The position numbers were made by a program, and so were the translations under genes. The notes beneath the pieces were generated by a model, which saw nothing but the letters and a program-made list of their open reading frames with translations, was not told where the DNA came from and did no database searches. Shown here piece by piece: positions 36,834 through 45,533 of a DNA stretch of 59,862 bases; position 1 is the first letter of the stretch; each line of letters opens with the position of its first letter. The DNA comes from a virus (taxonomy: Duplodnaviria > Caudoviricetes): IMG/VR virus record IMGVR_UViG_3300036841_000201, positions 1-59,862 of that record; one strand, 5' to 3'.

Positions 36834-38095
36834 GCACCCCACAGACAACCCCGCAGGCCAGCCTGGGAACGACAACCAACGAGATCCCGCCTGCGGGGTC
36901 ACAGCATGGCCGGGACCAAAAGGCAAGCGCGGCCCAAATAATGGCCGTCCCGGCCACCGACTTCCCCGGCGACCAAAGTGACATCGACGCCCAAGCATGC
37001 AGCGTCGCCGGGGACTCAGGCCAGCCGACGGCCATCGGAATATCGCCGCCCATGGCAGGCGCGCCGTCGGCTGATGACACCCCCCGGGCGGCCACCGAGC
37101 TGGCGAGAACCATCGCGCAACCGCCGTCCGGGGGGAAGGAGCAGGGTCCGCCAGCGACCAACGCCTTTCCGCCGCCCAAACAACTGGTGTCGCTGGCGGA
37201 TCCATTCCTCGCCCTCGCCGCTGACGTCGTGGACGACCTCGAAAAGGTCCGCATCGCCAACGAGAACCGCCTTCGGCAACTCACTCGCACCGAGACCGAC
37301 AAGGACGGCGAAGAGCGCGGGTTCGGCCTGACCGAGGACCACCCGGACGTGGCCCGCCTGTCCGCCCTCGTGGACATGCTTGGCCAGGCCGAACACCAGG
37401 CCGTGTTGAACCTTCAGCGGCTGATGCGTAAGCATCCGCTCGGCCCGTGGATCAAGGCCACGGCCGGCGTGGGGGAGAAGCAGGCCGCCCGACTCCTTGC
37501 CGTCATCGGTGACCCGTACATTCGCCCTGAACTCGTCCGCGATGGCGTCGTCGAGCCCGCCCGACCGCGCCGCGTCTCGGAGTTGTGGGCGTACTGCGGC
37601 TATCACGTACTTCCCGCTGGCTACGCCATCGACGACACCCAGAGTCGATCCGCCAGCGGGACCGACTTCTCTGCCGACCATGGTGAGGCCGATGCCCAAA
37701 AGGCTGGCGTCGGCGGGGAGCAGGCGGGCCACTCCGACCATAACCTGAGCGATTTCCCTCGACAACGCGTCGGAGTGGCCCCAAAGCGCCGGCGTGGCAC
37801 CCGCACGAACTGGTCCACGACCGCGAAGACCAGGACGTTCCTGATCGCTGAGTCGTGCATCAAGCATCGCCAGTCCCCATTCCGCGCTGTGTACGACGCC
37901 ACCCGGGAGAAGTACGCCGACGCAGTCCACGCCATGCCGTGTGCACGCTGCGGCCCGTCCGGCAAACCGGCCCCCGCCGCCTCCCCGCTCAGCGACGGCC
38001 ACAAGCATGCCCGGGCGATGCGCGCCGTCTCCAAAGAGATCTTGAAAGCGCTGTGGCGTGAAGCCCGACGCATCCACGAAGGAGGCGACCGGTGA
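36830..38095 (+). CDS. TasA-like Nop/IS110-related RNA-binding protein (no RuvC/HNH domain evident)
   Basis: Coiled coil LEKVRIANENRL; HPLGPWI....GVGEKQAARLL; SELWAYCG; KRRRG...NW; FRAVYD..REKY; GHKHARAMRAVSKEILKALW. Confidence 0.8.
   Translation: MSTPQTTPQASLGTTTNEIPPAGSQHGRDQKASAAQIMAVPATDFPGDQSDIDAQACSVAGDSGQPTAIGISPPMAGAPSADDTPRAATELARTIAQPPSGGKEQGPPATNAFPPPKQLVSLADPFLALAADVVDDLEKVRIANENRLRQLTRTETDKDGEERGFGLTEDHPDVARLSALVDMLGQAEHQAVLNLQRLMRKHPLGPWIKATAGVGEKQAARLLAVIGDPYIRPELVRDGVVEPARPRRVSELWAYCGYHVLPAGYAIDDTQSRSASGTDFSADHGEADAQKAGVGGEQAGHSDHNLSDFPRQRVGVAPKRRRGTRTNWSTTAKTRTFLIAESCIKHRQSPFRAVYDATREKYADAVHAMPCARCGPSGKPAPAASPLSDGHKHARAMRAVSKEILKALWREARRIHEGGDR
36848..37203 (+). ncRNA. TIGR-like stem-loop array, units 1-6
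   Basis: Six units (36848-36899, 36907-36956, 36963-37014, 37022-37073, 37080-37135, 37144-37203), each stem-CCA-N9-CG-N4-CCA-N9-YG-complementary stem. Confidence 0.9.
37612..37781 (+). ncRNA. TIGR-like stem-loop array, units 7-9, inside the Tas coding region
   Basis: Units 37612-37661, 37667-37720 and 37726-37781 with the same spacing; one CTA and one CCC box variant. Confidence 0.85.
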
Positions 38096-38427
38096 GGGTC
38101 CGCATCCCCAAGCCCGTGAACCAGGCGCTCGACCGCCCCGAGGCGCTCGCCGCGGTGACCCTGCTCGCCGTCGGCGCCATCGTCGGCGCCGCAGCGGCCA
38201 TGAGCGGGTTGGCCGTGTACGTCCTCGGTGCCGCCACCGGCCTGCTCGCGGCTGGGCTCATCTACGGGGTCGCCACCGTCCGCCTGCTCGCCGACCGCAA
38301 CGCCCTGTTGGAAGAGGTCGGCCACCTCGGATACGAGCTTCGCAAGGCCAAGGCCAGCAGTTTCGCCGCCGCCCACGAACCGACAACCCGACTCCCCGCG
38401 ATCACTACTGAGAGGGGAAAGCAGTGA
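38092..38427 (+). CDS. Membrane protein
   Basis: Two hydrophobic segments; coupled to the Tas stop. Confidence 0.65.
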   Translation: MRVRIPKPVNQALDRPEALAAVTLLAVGAIVGAAAAMSGLAVYVLGAATGLLAAGLIYGVATVRLLADRNALLEEVGHLGYELRKAKASSFAAAHEPTTRLPAITTERGKQ

Positions 38428-38897
38428 CTACCGAACCCACCGCACCGCCGCTGGGTACCGACACCTTGACTTGGCTGCGGGACAGGGCCATTGAGGCAAA
38501 CGACGACCTCCCGCGACTGCGGCAGCAGGTAGCCGAGTTGGCCAACCAGGAGCGGATTCTCCGCGAGCAACTCGCCGTCGTCGCGCGAGACGGACTGGAG
38601 GCACAAGACCATCTCCGCAACGCGGAGTTGAACGCCGCGAACATCCCGCCGTTCCTGGACGCATCTCGCCGCGCCGCCGGAGTGGAGCTGCCCGCGCGCG
38701 ATGCCGAGCCGCGACCGACCGAGGCGATCCCGACCGTCACCGCCGAGTTGCCGTTGGGTTTGGCTCAGCCGCGTACGGCGTCGTCGATCGCCAACCAGAT
38801 GCAATCGGCGCTGTCACCCGAGGCACTCGCCGAAGCAGCCGCCAAGGACGGTGGTGCGCCCTTTCGCGACGACACCGAGGACGGCCCGGATGAGTAG
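38424..38897 (+). CDS. Hypothetical coiled-coil protein
   Basis: Coupled ORF. Confidence 0.6.
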   Translation: MTTEPTAPPLGTDTLTWLRDRAIEANDDLPRLRQQVAELANQERILREQLAVVARDGLEAQDHLRNAELNAANIPPFLDASRRAAGVELPARDAEPRPTEAIPTVTAELPLGLAQPRTASSIANQMQSALSPEALAEAAAKDGGAPFRDDTEDGPDE

Positions 38898-39788
38898 GCG
38901 TGGACCGCGACCGCGCAAGGTCACGCGCCTGACGCTGCTGCGGGTGCTGGTGCTGGTGGCGCTGGCGCGGGCCAGCTACCCGGTGCGGGTGCGGCTGCGT
39001 GCCCAGCACCCCGGCCGGCGCGTGAAGGCGGTGACGGCATGATCGCCATCGCTGTCGCCCTGCCCGCCGTCGTGCTCGCTGGCCTCGCCGCCGTACGGGT
39101 GCTCCAGCGCCGCGCCGCCGAGCGCCGCAAGTGGGCTCGCATCGTCGCCGTGGTGGAGGCCAGTGCCGCCGACGTGTGGGACGCCTTCGACGCGCTCGAT
39201 CGCGCCCTGGACGAGGAGCGGACGTGACGTGGGGCTACGGCTTGGCGATCATCGCCGCCGGCACCGCCGCGGTCTGGACCGCGTACAAGCTGCTGCGGCA
39301 CAACCGCCGCCGGGCCAAGACATGGGCGAGCGACCCGCTGCCCCGCCGTCCTCTGCCAGCGCACCTACGCCGCTTGTCGGGCATGCCTGGCCACCCTGAG
39401 CGGGTCCGGGACTGGCCCGGCTACGCCGATGCCTGGCACCAGCTTGTCGTCCAACTCGCCGTCGAGGTCTACCAGCAGCAGCAGGACGGCGGTGAGCGGC
39501 CATGATCCACCACCTGCCTGACCCGAGCGTGTGGGACCTGATCGGCGGCGGGCTCATCTCCCTGGCCGCCGTAGGGATCTGCTGGCGTTTCCTCGGCTGG
39601 CCGCATGCGGACGACAGCGACACGGCGAGGAGGCAGCCGTGACGATCTTCCTTCAGTGCATGTCCTGCTTCGCCGCCGCGGTCCTGCTCGCCGCTCTGGT
39701 GGCGCTGGTGATGTACGCGCTGATCAGGTCGCGCTCCCAGGGTGACAGCCGCCCCGAGATCACCGACGAAGACGGGAACCTGCCATGA
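38890..39788 (+). other. Run of five small membrane-protein genes (38890-39042, 39039-39227, 39224-39505, 39502-39642, 39639-39788)
   Basis: Each has one hydrophobic segment; successive ATGA/GTGA overlaps. Confidence 0.55.
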
Positions 39789-40498
39789 GACTCACGCACG
39801 AGGAGCAGATCCAAATCGAGGAGTTGCTCAACGAGGTCGTCGGCGACGAGGTAACCGTCGAACAGGACGGCGACTACGGACTGATCGCTGATATTGCGCT
39901 GATCGTCAAGCGCTTGAAAGAAGAGCGCGCCGAGGTGCGTCGGCTGCGCGAGCAGGTCATCGAGCTGACCGCCGAACGCGACGACCTACGCGGCGAGATC
40001 GCCAAGACCGAGGCGAACTTCGAGGACTACGCGGAAGAGACCAAGCACACCGGGCAGCGCGCAGACCCGTCGATCGAAACCACCGACGCCGAGCTGAACG
40101 AGCTCGGCGTCCGCATCAAGAAGGCGCGCGACGAGGTCAAAAGGCTGGCCCGCGAGTACGGCCGCAACTGGCGCACCAGCATCCCCGTGCAAGCCGACCG
40201 CGACAGCGACACGGTCCTCATGGCGGCACTGTCGGACGCCAATGGCCTGCTGCTCTACGTGGAACAACTCCGCGTCCAGACGATCCCGCAGATCGCGTTG
40301 AGGTGGGAGGCGGAGAAGAACCGCGCTGACAATGCCGAGGTCGCCGTCGAGCGCGGCCGGCGGGTAGCAGATTCGCTTCGCAGGCAGGCCAGCGGAGATG
40401 TCTGCGACGAGTCCCGCATCAGGCTGAAGGTGGCCGCCTCGGCGCTCTATCACGCCTTCGACGGCGCCGGCCAGCCCGCAGATGGGGGTGGCGAGTGA
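39785..40498 (+). CDS. Coiled-coil hypothetical protein
   Basis: Coupled ORF, E/R/L-rich. Confidence 0.65.
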   Translation: MRLTHEEQIQIEELLNEVVGDEVTVEQDGDYGLIADIALIVKRLKEERAEVRRLREQVIELTAERDDLRGEIAKTEANFEDYAEETKHTGQRADPSIETTDAELNELGVRIKKARDEVKRLAREYGRNWRTSIPVQADRDSDTVLMAALSDANGLLLYVEQLRVQTIPQIALRWEAEKNRADNAEVAVERGRRVADSLRRQASGDVCDESRIRLKVAASALYHAFDGAGQPADGGGE

Positions 40499-40644
40499 TG
40501 GCTACAACCAAGATCGCCCTGTGGCGCTGCGGACGCTTCACCCTGCTCGTCGAAGCTCGCGACGCCTGGATCGGGGTGTTCGTCGCACCTGACGCCGTAT
40601 ACGTGTGCCCGCTGCCGTTCCTCGTTCTGAGGTGGACGCGGTGA
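40498..40644 (+). CDS. Small hypothetical protein (48 aa)
   Basis: MATTKIALWRCGRF...; coupled at both ends. Confidence 0.5.
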   Translation: MATTKIALWRCGRFTLLVEARDAWIGVFVAPDAVYVCPLPFLVLRWTR

Positions 40645-41510
40645 CTGACTTCCTTCCCAGCGCCGTAGACCCCACGCCCCCGAGGGGTTCGGCGCATGCA
40701 GCCACCATTCGCCCCCCGGTGGCTGCCGCGGCCCCTGAATTCGGGCAGGGTGCCGCACCGGCGGTAGGGCTTGACCATCAGCCCGCCGCCAGCCCGGCCG
40801 GTCCCGTAGGTAGCGGGGCGGGACCGGTCGGGCACCGACCCAAGCTTCTTGATCTTTTTTGTGGAGCGGGTGGCTGCTCGGCGGGCTACCACCGCGCCGG
40901 CTTCGACATTGTTGGCGTCGACTGCCGGCCACAGCCCCGGTACCCGTTCGAGTTCATTGAGGCCGACGCCTTCGACGTGCTCGCCGACGAGCCGTTCATC
41001 GCGCGGTTTGATGTGCTCGCCGGCAGCCCGCCGTGCCGTGACCACACTGCCCTAGCCAGCGTGGCCGGCACGGACGGCACCGGATGGATGCTCGCCGCCA
41101 CACGCGACCGGTTCGAAGCCATCGGCAAGCCGTATGCCGTCGAGAACGTGCCCGGCGCGGCCATGCGTAACCCGCTCACGCTCTGCGGCAGCGAGTTCGG
41201 CCTGACCACCACCACCGAGGCGCACGGTCGCGTATGGCTTCGCCGGCACCGGCTGTTCGAGTCCAACGTGTTCCTGATGGGCGCCGGTGGCTGCAACTGC
41301 CATGGCAAAGCCACCGTCCCGGTGTACGGCGGCGGAGCTGGCGGATCCCGCGTCGGTATCAGCGGGCTGGGCGTCGCGAAGGCGAGTCGCGAAGTCATGG
41401 GCATCGACTGGATGACCCGCGACGAGCTCGATCAGGCCATCCCCCCGGCGTACACCGAGCACGTCGGTCGCCAACTCGTGGCCGCTCTCGCGAAGGGAGC
41501 GGTCGCGTGA
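40641..41510 (+). CDS. C5-cytosine DNA methyltransferase
   Basis: LLDLFCGAGG (motif I), GSPPC (IV), ENV (VI), AIPP (X). Confidence 0.85.
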   Translation: MTDFLPSAVDPTPPRGSAHAATIRPPVAAAAPEFGQGAAPAVGLDHQPAASPAGPVGSGAGPVGHRPKLLDLFCGAGGCSAGYHRAGFDIVGVDCRPQPRYPFEFIEADAFDVLADEPFIARFDVLAGSPPCRDHTALASVAGTDGTGWMLAATRDRFEAIGKPYAVENVPGAAMRNPLTLCGSEFGLTTTTEAHGRVWLRRHRLFESNVFLMGAGGCNCHGKATVPVYGGGAGGSRVGISGLGVAKASREVMGIDWMTRDELDQAIPPAYTEHVGRQLVAALAKGAVA

Positions 41511-42118
41511 CCGATCTCGCACAGCCCCGACTGGCCGCGGTCGCGCTCGGCGGCCCACGCGTCATAGGCCTAGACCTGTCCCTGACCTCGACCGGCCTCG
41601 CCGACTCCGCAGGCGCCTGGCTCCGCACGTCCACGATCGCCAGCAACTCACCAGGGCCGAACGCGCAGCTGACCGAGCACAGGCGACGCCTGCGCGGCAT
41701 CGTCCACGAGATCACCGACCACATCAGCAGCCAAGGCGCGTATCCCACGCTGGTCGTCATCGAGGGCCCGTCGTACGGGTCGAAGGGCGCCGGCACCTGG
41801 GACCGCGGCGGGCTGTGGTGGCTCGTCGTCGATTACTTGCTCGGCGGTCTCGAGCGCCACCGTCATCCGATCGCGGTCGTCCCGCCGGCCGCGTTGAAGA
41901 AGTACGCCACCGGCCGCGGAAACGCCGACAAGACCGCGATGGCGGTAGCGCTCCAGCGGCGCATGCACATCGAACTCGGCGACGACAACCAGACAGACGC
42001 GTGGTGGCTGTGCGCGGCCGGGCTCGACCATCTCGGCCACCCGGTCGTCGACATGCCGAAGGACCACCGCGCCGCGCTCAGCAAGGTTGCTTGGCCTGCG
42101 GAGGTGCCCACGCCGTGA
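41507..42118 (+). CDS. RuvC-like Holliday junction resolvase
   Basis: IGLDLSLTSTG, VVIEG, LKKYATGRGNADK, DDNQTDA. Confidence 0.85.
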   Translation: MTDLAQPRLAAVALGGPRVIGLDLSLTSTGLADSAGAWLRTSTIASNSPGPNAQLTEHRRRLRGIVHEITDHISSQGAYPTLVVIEGPSYGSKGAGTWDRGGLWWLVVDYLLGGLERHRHPIAVVPPAALKKYATGRGNADKTAMAVALQRRMHIELGDDNQTDAWWLCAAGLDHLGHPVVDMPKDHRAALSKVAWPAEVPTP

Positions 42119-42190
42119 GCCTCCTCAACGCCCGCCAGGCCCGCCCCACACACCAACCCCGCGACCACAGAGAAGAAAGGAATCACCGAA

Positions 42191-42823
42191 GTGACCGATA
42201 ACGAGTTCACCGTCGAGGCACTGCCGCTGCGGGTCGCCATGCAAACAGCTTCGGCGTTCGCGTCGTCAGATCAGACCCTGCCGATGATCAACCTGGTCAG
42301 TTTTAAGCCGACCGACAGCAACGAAATCGAGTTGGCCGCCACCGACCGTTACATGATCTCGTGGGAGACCATCAAGGCGGTCGGGTCGCCGTTCGAATTC
42401 CTCATGCCAGTGGACGCCGTTAAGCGCCTGCTGAGCGTGATCCCGAAAGGCACTCGCTCCAAGCCGCTCACCGGCATGGTGACGTTCACCCAGGCCGAAA
42501 AGAAGATCACCGCCAAGCTCGTCAGCGACCACGAGGAAGCCTCGTTCACCTTCACCCCGTTCGACGGCGAATTCGTCGACTATCGCAAGCTCATCAACGA
42601 CGCCCGGAATTACGAAGTCGACACCAGCCTGAAGAGCATTCACCTCACCCCATACCTAGTGTCACGGGTCTTCCGGGATCTGTCGTCACGGCTCGGTCTC
42701 GCCCCCGTTGAGATCTCCTTCCGGAGCAAGCACAAGCCGATCCTGGTCACGTCGGAAGACACCACTTTCGGCGCCCTGATCATGCCCGTCCGGCGCCGCG
42801 ACGACCGGGAGGACGCGGCATGA
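42191..42823 (+). CDS. DNA polymerase III beta-clamp-like protein (partial, about two domains)
   Basis: LAATDRY, GEF.DYRKLI, ALIMPVR. Confidence 0.7.
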   Translation: MTDNEFTVEALPLRVAMQTASAFASSDQTLPMINLVSFKPTDSNEIELAATDRYMISWETIKAVGSPFEFLMPVDAVKRLLSVIPKGTRSKPLTGMVTFTQAEKKITAKLVSDHEEASFTFTPFDGEFVDYRKLINDARNYEVDTSLKSIHLTPYLVSRVFRDLSSRLGLAPVEISFRSKHKPILVTSEDTTFGALIMPVRRRDDREDAA

Positions 42824-43077
42824 ACTGGGACCTGCTCTGGATCATCTGGCTGGCCGTCGTGGCCGCCCCGTTCGCCGCCCTCGAAACCATCGCGATCGTC
42901 GACAAACGCAAGGGCAACACCTTGACCGCGACCACCCGCCGGTGGCTCGGCATCGACCCGCCGAACAAGCGCCGCCGCATCGGCATCCCCGCGTTTACTG
43001 CGGCACTGCTGATCTTCACCGGCTGGTTTCTTCCGCACATCGTTGCTGGCTGGTGGGGCGGGAGTGGTGGCGCATGA
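42820..43077 (+). CDS. Membrane protein
   Basis: Two hydrophobic segments. Confidence 0.6.
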   Translation: MNWDLLWIIWLAVVAAPFAALETIAIVDKRKGNTLTATTRRWLGIDPPNKRRRIGIPAFTAALLIFTGWFLPHIVAGWWGGSGGA

Positions 43078-43394
43078 ACCAGCCATACCGCGTGCTGGTC
43101 ACCGGATCACGCACCTGGACTGACGAGGACGCCGTACGCACCGCCATCAGCGTCGCCGTCGCCAGCCACAACGCCGAAGGCGTCGTGATCGTCCATGGTG
43201 CCTGCCCGCACGGCGCGGACGCACTCGCCGACAAGATCGCCCAGGAGATGGGTTTGCAGGTCGAGCGCTGGCCAGCCGACTGGGGCACCCACGGCCGCTC
43301 CGCGGGCTACCGCCGCAACGCCGCCATGGTCTCCCGCGGCGCCGACGTCTGTTTGGCGTTCATAGCACCGTGCGTTGATCGGTCCTCGCTATGA
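43074..43394 (+). CDS. SLOG-family (DUF2493/YspA-like) protein, possibly C-terminally short
   Basis: RVLVTGSR, VHGACPHGAD, AGYRRNAAM. Confidence 0.75.
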   Translation: MNQPYRVLVTGSRTWTDEDAVRTAISVAVASHNAEGVVIVHGACPHGADALADKIAQEMGLQVERWPADWGTHGRSAGYRRNAAMVSRGADVCLAFIAPCVDRSSL

Positions 43395-44692
43395 CCGCCG
43401 CCGTGCTCCGCGCCGACGCCCGGAACCTGCCGTTGCCGGACGGCAGCGTCGACCTCGTCTGCACCTCGCCGCCCTTCTACGCCCTCAGGGACTACAGGGA
43501 CGGCGGCGCCAGCCTGGCCGGTCAGATCGGCGCCGAGCGCACGCCGCAGGCGTACGTGGATGCGCTGCTCGACGCGACGCGCGAATGGGTGCGCGTCCTC
43601 AAGCCTGGTGGGTCGATCTTTTGCAACCTGGGCGATAAGTTCTCGGGCGCTCAGGCGCAGAGCGACGGCCGGGCCGCGCGCAGCAACTCCGCCGATTTTT
43701 GGCGGCGCACCGACCCGCGCCGCACCGGAATCCCGAACAAGTCGCTGATGCTCCTGCCCGAGCGCTACCGGGTCGCGTGCGTCGACCAACTCGGCCTAAT
43801 CGCCCGGGCCGTCGTCATCTGGGCCAAGCCCAACGGCCTGCCCGAGAGCGTCACCGACCGCGTACGCCGCTCGCATGAGGACTTCGTGCACCTGGTCAAG
43901 CAGCCCCGCTACTACAGCGCGGTAGACGAGATCCGGCAGCCTCACACGCGTGTCGACCCGCCGCGCCGGCTCGGTACGCGCAACCAGACCCAGCGCCACA
44001 CGGCAGCCACGGACAACACCGGGTGGAAGGACAACGCGGTCGCGCACCACCCGCTCGGCGCGCTGCCCGGCAGCGTGTGGGAAGTCGCATCCCAGCCGTT
44101 CAGCCCGCCCGTGCACGTCGCGCACGCCCGATGCTGCGGCGGCCAAGACAAGACGTGCGAGCGCGGCCTCGCGCACTACGCCGCGTTCCCGCCCGCGCTG
44201 GTGCGCCGCATCGTGCTCGGCTGGTCGCCGCCCGGCATCTGCACCGAATGCGGCGAAGGTCGCCGTCCAGTCGCGACGGTCGAAGACAGGAGCGCATACA
44301 GAGACCTCTCGCTGACGCCGTCTCAGGTGGGCCTACACGCCGAGGGCGCCTGGCATGACGGCATCGAGACCAGCACTCTTGCCCGGCCGGGCTGGCGCAA
44401 GACTGGGCGGCCACAGCACAGCATCACCGGCTACGCCTGCGCCTGCCCCACCCCGGACGCGCCCACCCGCCCAAGCTTTGTAGTTGACCCTTTCGGCGGA
44501 ACCGGGACCGTGGCCATGGTCGCGTCTGTGCTCGGCCGCCGCGGACTGTCCTTCGACCTGAGCCACGACTATGGCCGGTTGGCGAGATGGCGTACGGCAG
44601 ATCCGCGTGAGCGCGCCCGGGCGGCCGGCGTAACCCCGCCCCCACCCGTCTCGCCGGCACAGTCCGGCCTGTTCGAGCTGGAGGCCGGATGA
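43391..44692 (+). CDS. N4-C/N6-A DNA methyltransferase (beta class)
   Basis: TSPPF catalytic motif, IWAKPN, HYAAFP, VVDPFGGTGT. Confidence 0.88.
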   Translation: MTAAVLRADARNLPLPDGSVDLVCTSPPFYALRDYRDGGASLAGQIGAERTPQAYVDALLDATREWVRVLKPGGSIFCNLGDKFSGAQAQSDGRAARSNSADFWRRTDPRRTGIPNKSLMLLPERYRVACVDQLGLIARAVVIWAKPNGLPESVTDRVRRSHEDFVHLVKQPRYYSAVDEIRQPHTRVDPPRRLGTRNQTQRHTAATDNTGWKDNAVAHHPLGALPGSVWEVASQPFSPPVHVAHARCCGGQDKTCERGLAHYAAFPPALVRRIVLGWSPPGICTECGEGRRPVATVEDRSAYRDLSLTPSQVGLHAEGAWHDGIETSTLARPGWRKTGRPQHSITGYACACPTPDAPTRPSFVVDPFGGTGTVAMVASVLGRRGLSFDLSHDYGRLARWRTADPRERARAAGVTPPPPVSPAQSGLFELEAG

Positions 44693-44730
44693 CCACCCGC
44701 GTCCACACACCCACCTGGGAGGTGACCTGA

Positions 44731-45357
44731 ATGGCGCTCTCATCTCAAATCGAAGCAGCGTGCCGCACCGAAACCGAATCCACCTGGCGCCCGATCGGCG
44801 GCCGCGGGGTGGACGAACCCTCGTCCCTGCACCTGCTCCACGCCCCACGCCACGACCGCCTCCTCGCCGCCCTGGAGCGCGAGCAAGTCCGCTGGACGGT
44901 GCGGCGGATGGCCAACCGGCACGGCTGCACGGGCCGCTGTGACGCCCCCGAGCATGCCCGGGACGTGGCCGAGCTCCGGCAGATGCTCGACATCCTCGGC
45001 CTCCTCAACGACGAGCCCGAACCAACTCCGGAGCCCGAGCCCGCGCCCGAAACACCGCGCCGCCCTCGAGCGGTCGCCGAGTTCGCCCGCGCGGTCGTCG
45101 CCATGCAATGGAGCGACCGGGCCGCCTGCCTCTACAGCGACCCTGACCTGTTCTACCCGCGTAAGACGGTCGGCCCCGAAGCCTACGAACAGAACGAGAA
45201 AGCCAAGAAGGTGTGCCGGGACTGCCCGGTCATCCGCGACTGCTTCAACTGGGCCATGCGTAACCGGGAGAAAGGCGTGTGGGGCGGCGCGTCCGAGGTG
45301 GAGCGGGACAGGATCCGCCGCAAACGGCAGCGGGCAGCGCGGGAGAACGTGGCATGA
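44731..45357 (+). CDS. WhiB-family regulator with N-terminal extension
   Basis: WSDRAAC...DPDLFYP...AKKVCRDCPV...C...GVWGG. Confidence 0.88.
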   Translation: MALSSQIEAACRTETESTWRPIGGRGVDEPSSLHLLHAPRHDRLLAALEREQVRWTVRRMANRHGCTGRCDAPEHARDVAELRQMLDILGLLNDEPEPTPEPEPAPETPRRPRAVAEFARAVVAMQWSDRAACLYSDPDLFYPRKTVGPEAYEQNEKAKKVCRDCPVIRDCFNWAMRNREKGVWGGASEVERDRIRRKRQRAARENVA

Positions 45358-45533
45358 GCCGCGACGAGTTCGACGAGCGGATCCGCGCGCTGAACGCCGA
45401 GCGTGCCCGACCCGAGCCGCCCAAGCCTCTGCCGCCCGGCGTGGCGCTGCTGCTCCGGCAACTCGTGGCGACGCTGCACAGCCTGTACACCACTCCTCCC
45501 GACCCCCCGCCCTCGCAGAGAGGGGCCGCATAG
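45354..45533 (+). CDS. Hypothetical protein
   Basis: Coupled ORF. Confidence 0.5.
   Translation: MSRDEFDERIRALNAERARPEPPKPLPPGVALLLRQLVATLHSLYTTPPDPPPSQRGAA

Noticed and set aside
36848-37203. CRISPR array or run of terminators
   Set aside because: There are no identical direct repeats, no cas genes and no U-tracts. The fixed CCA-N9-CG-N4-CCA-N9-YG loop spacing is not terminator-like.
36830-38095. IS110 transposon call for the Tas-like ORF
   Set aside because: There is no N-terminal DEDD RuvC domain and no SG catalytic-serine motif after the AYCG segment. The gene is translationally coupled within a phage operon and has a multi-unit guide array.
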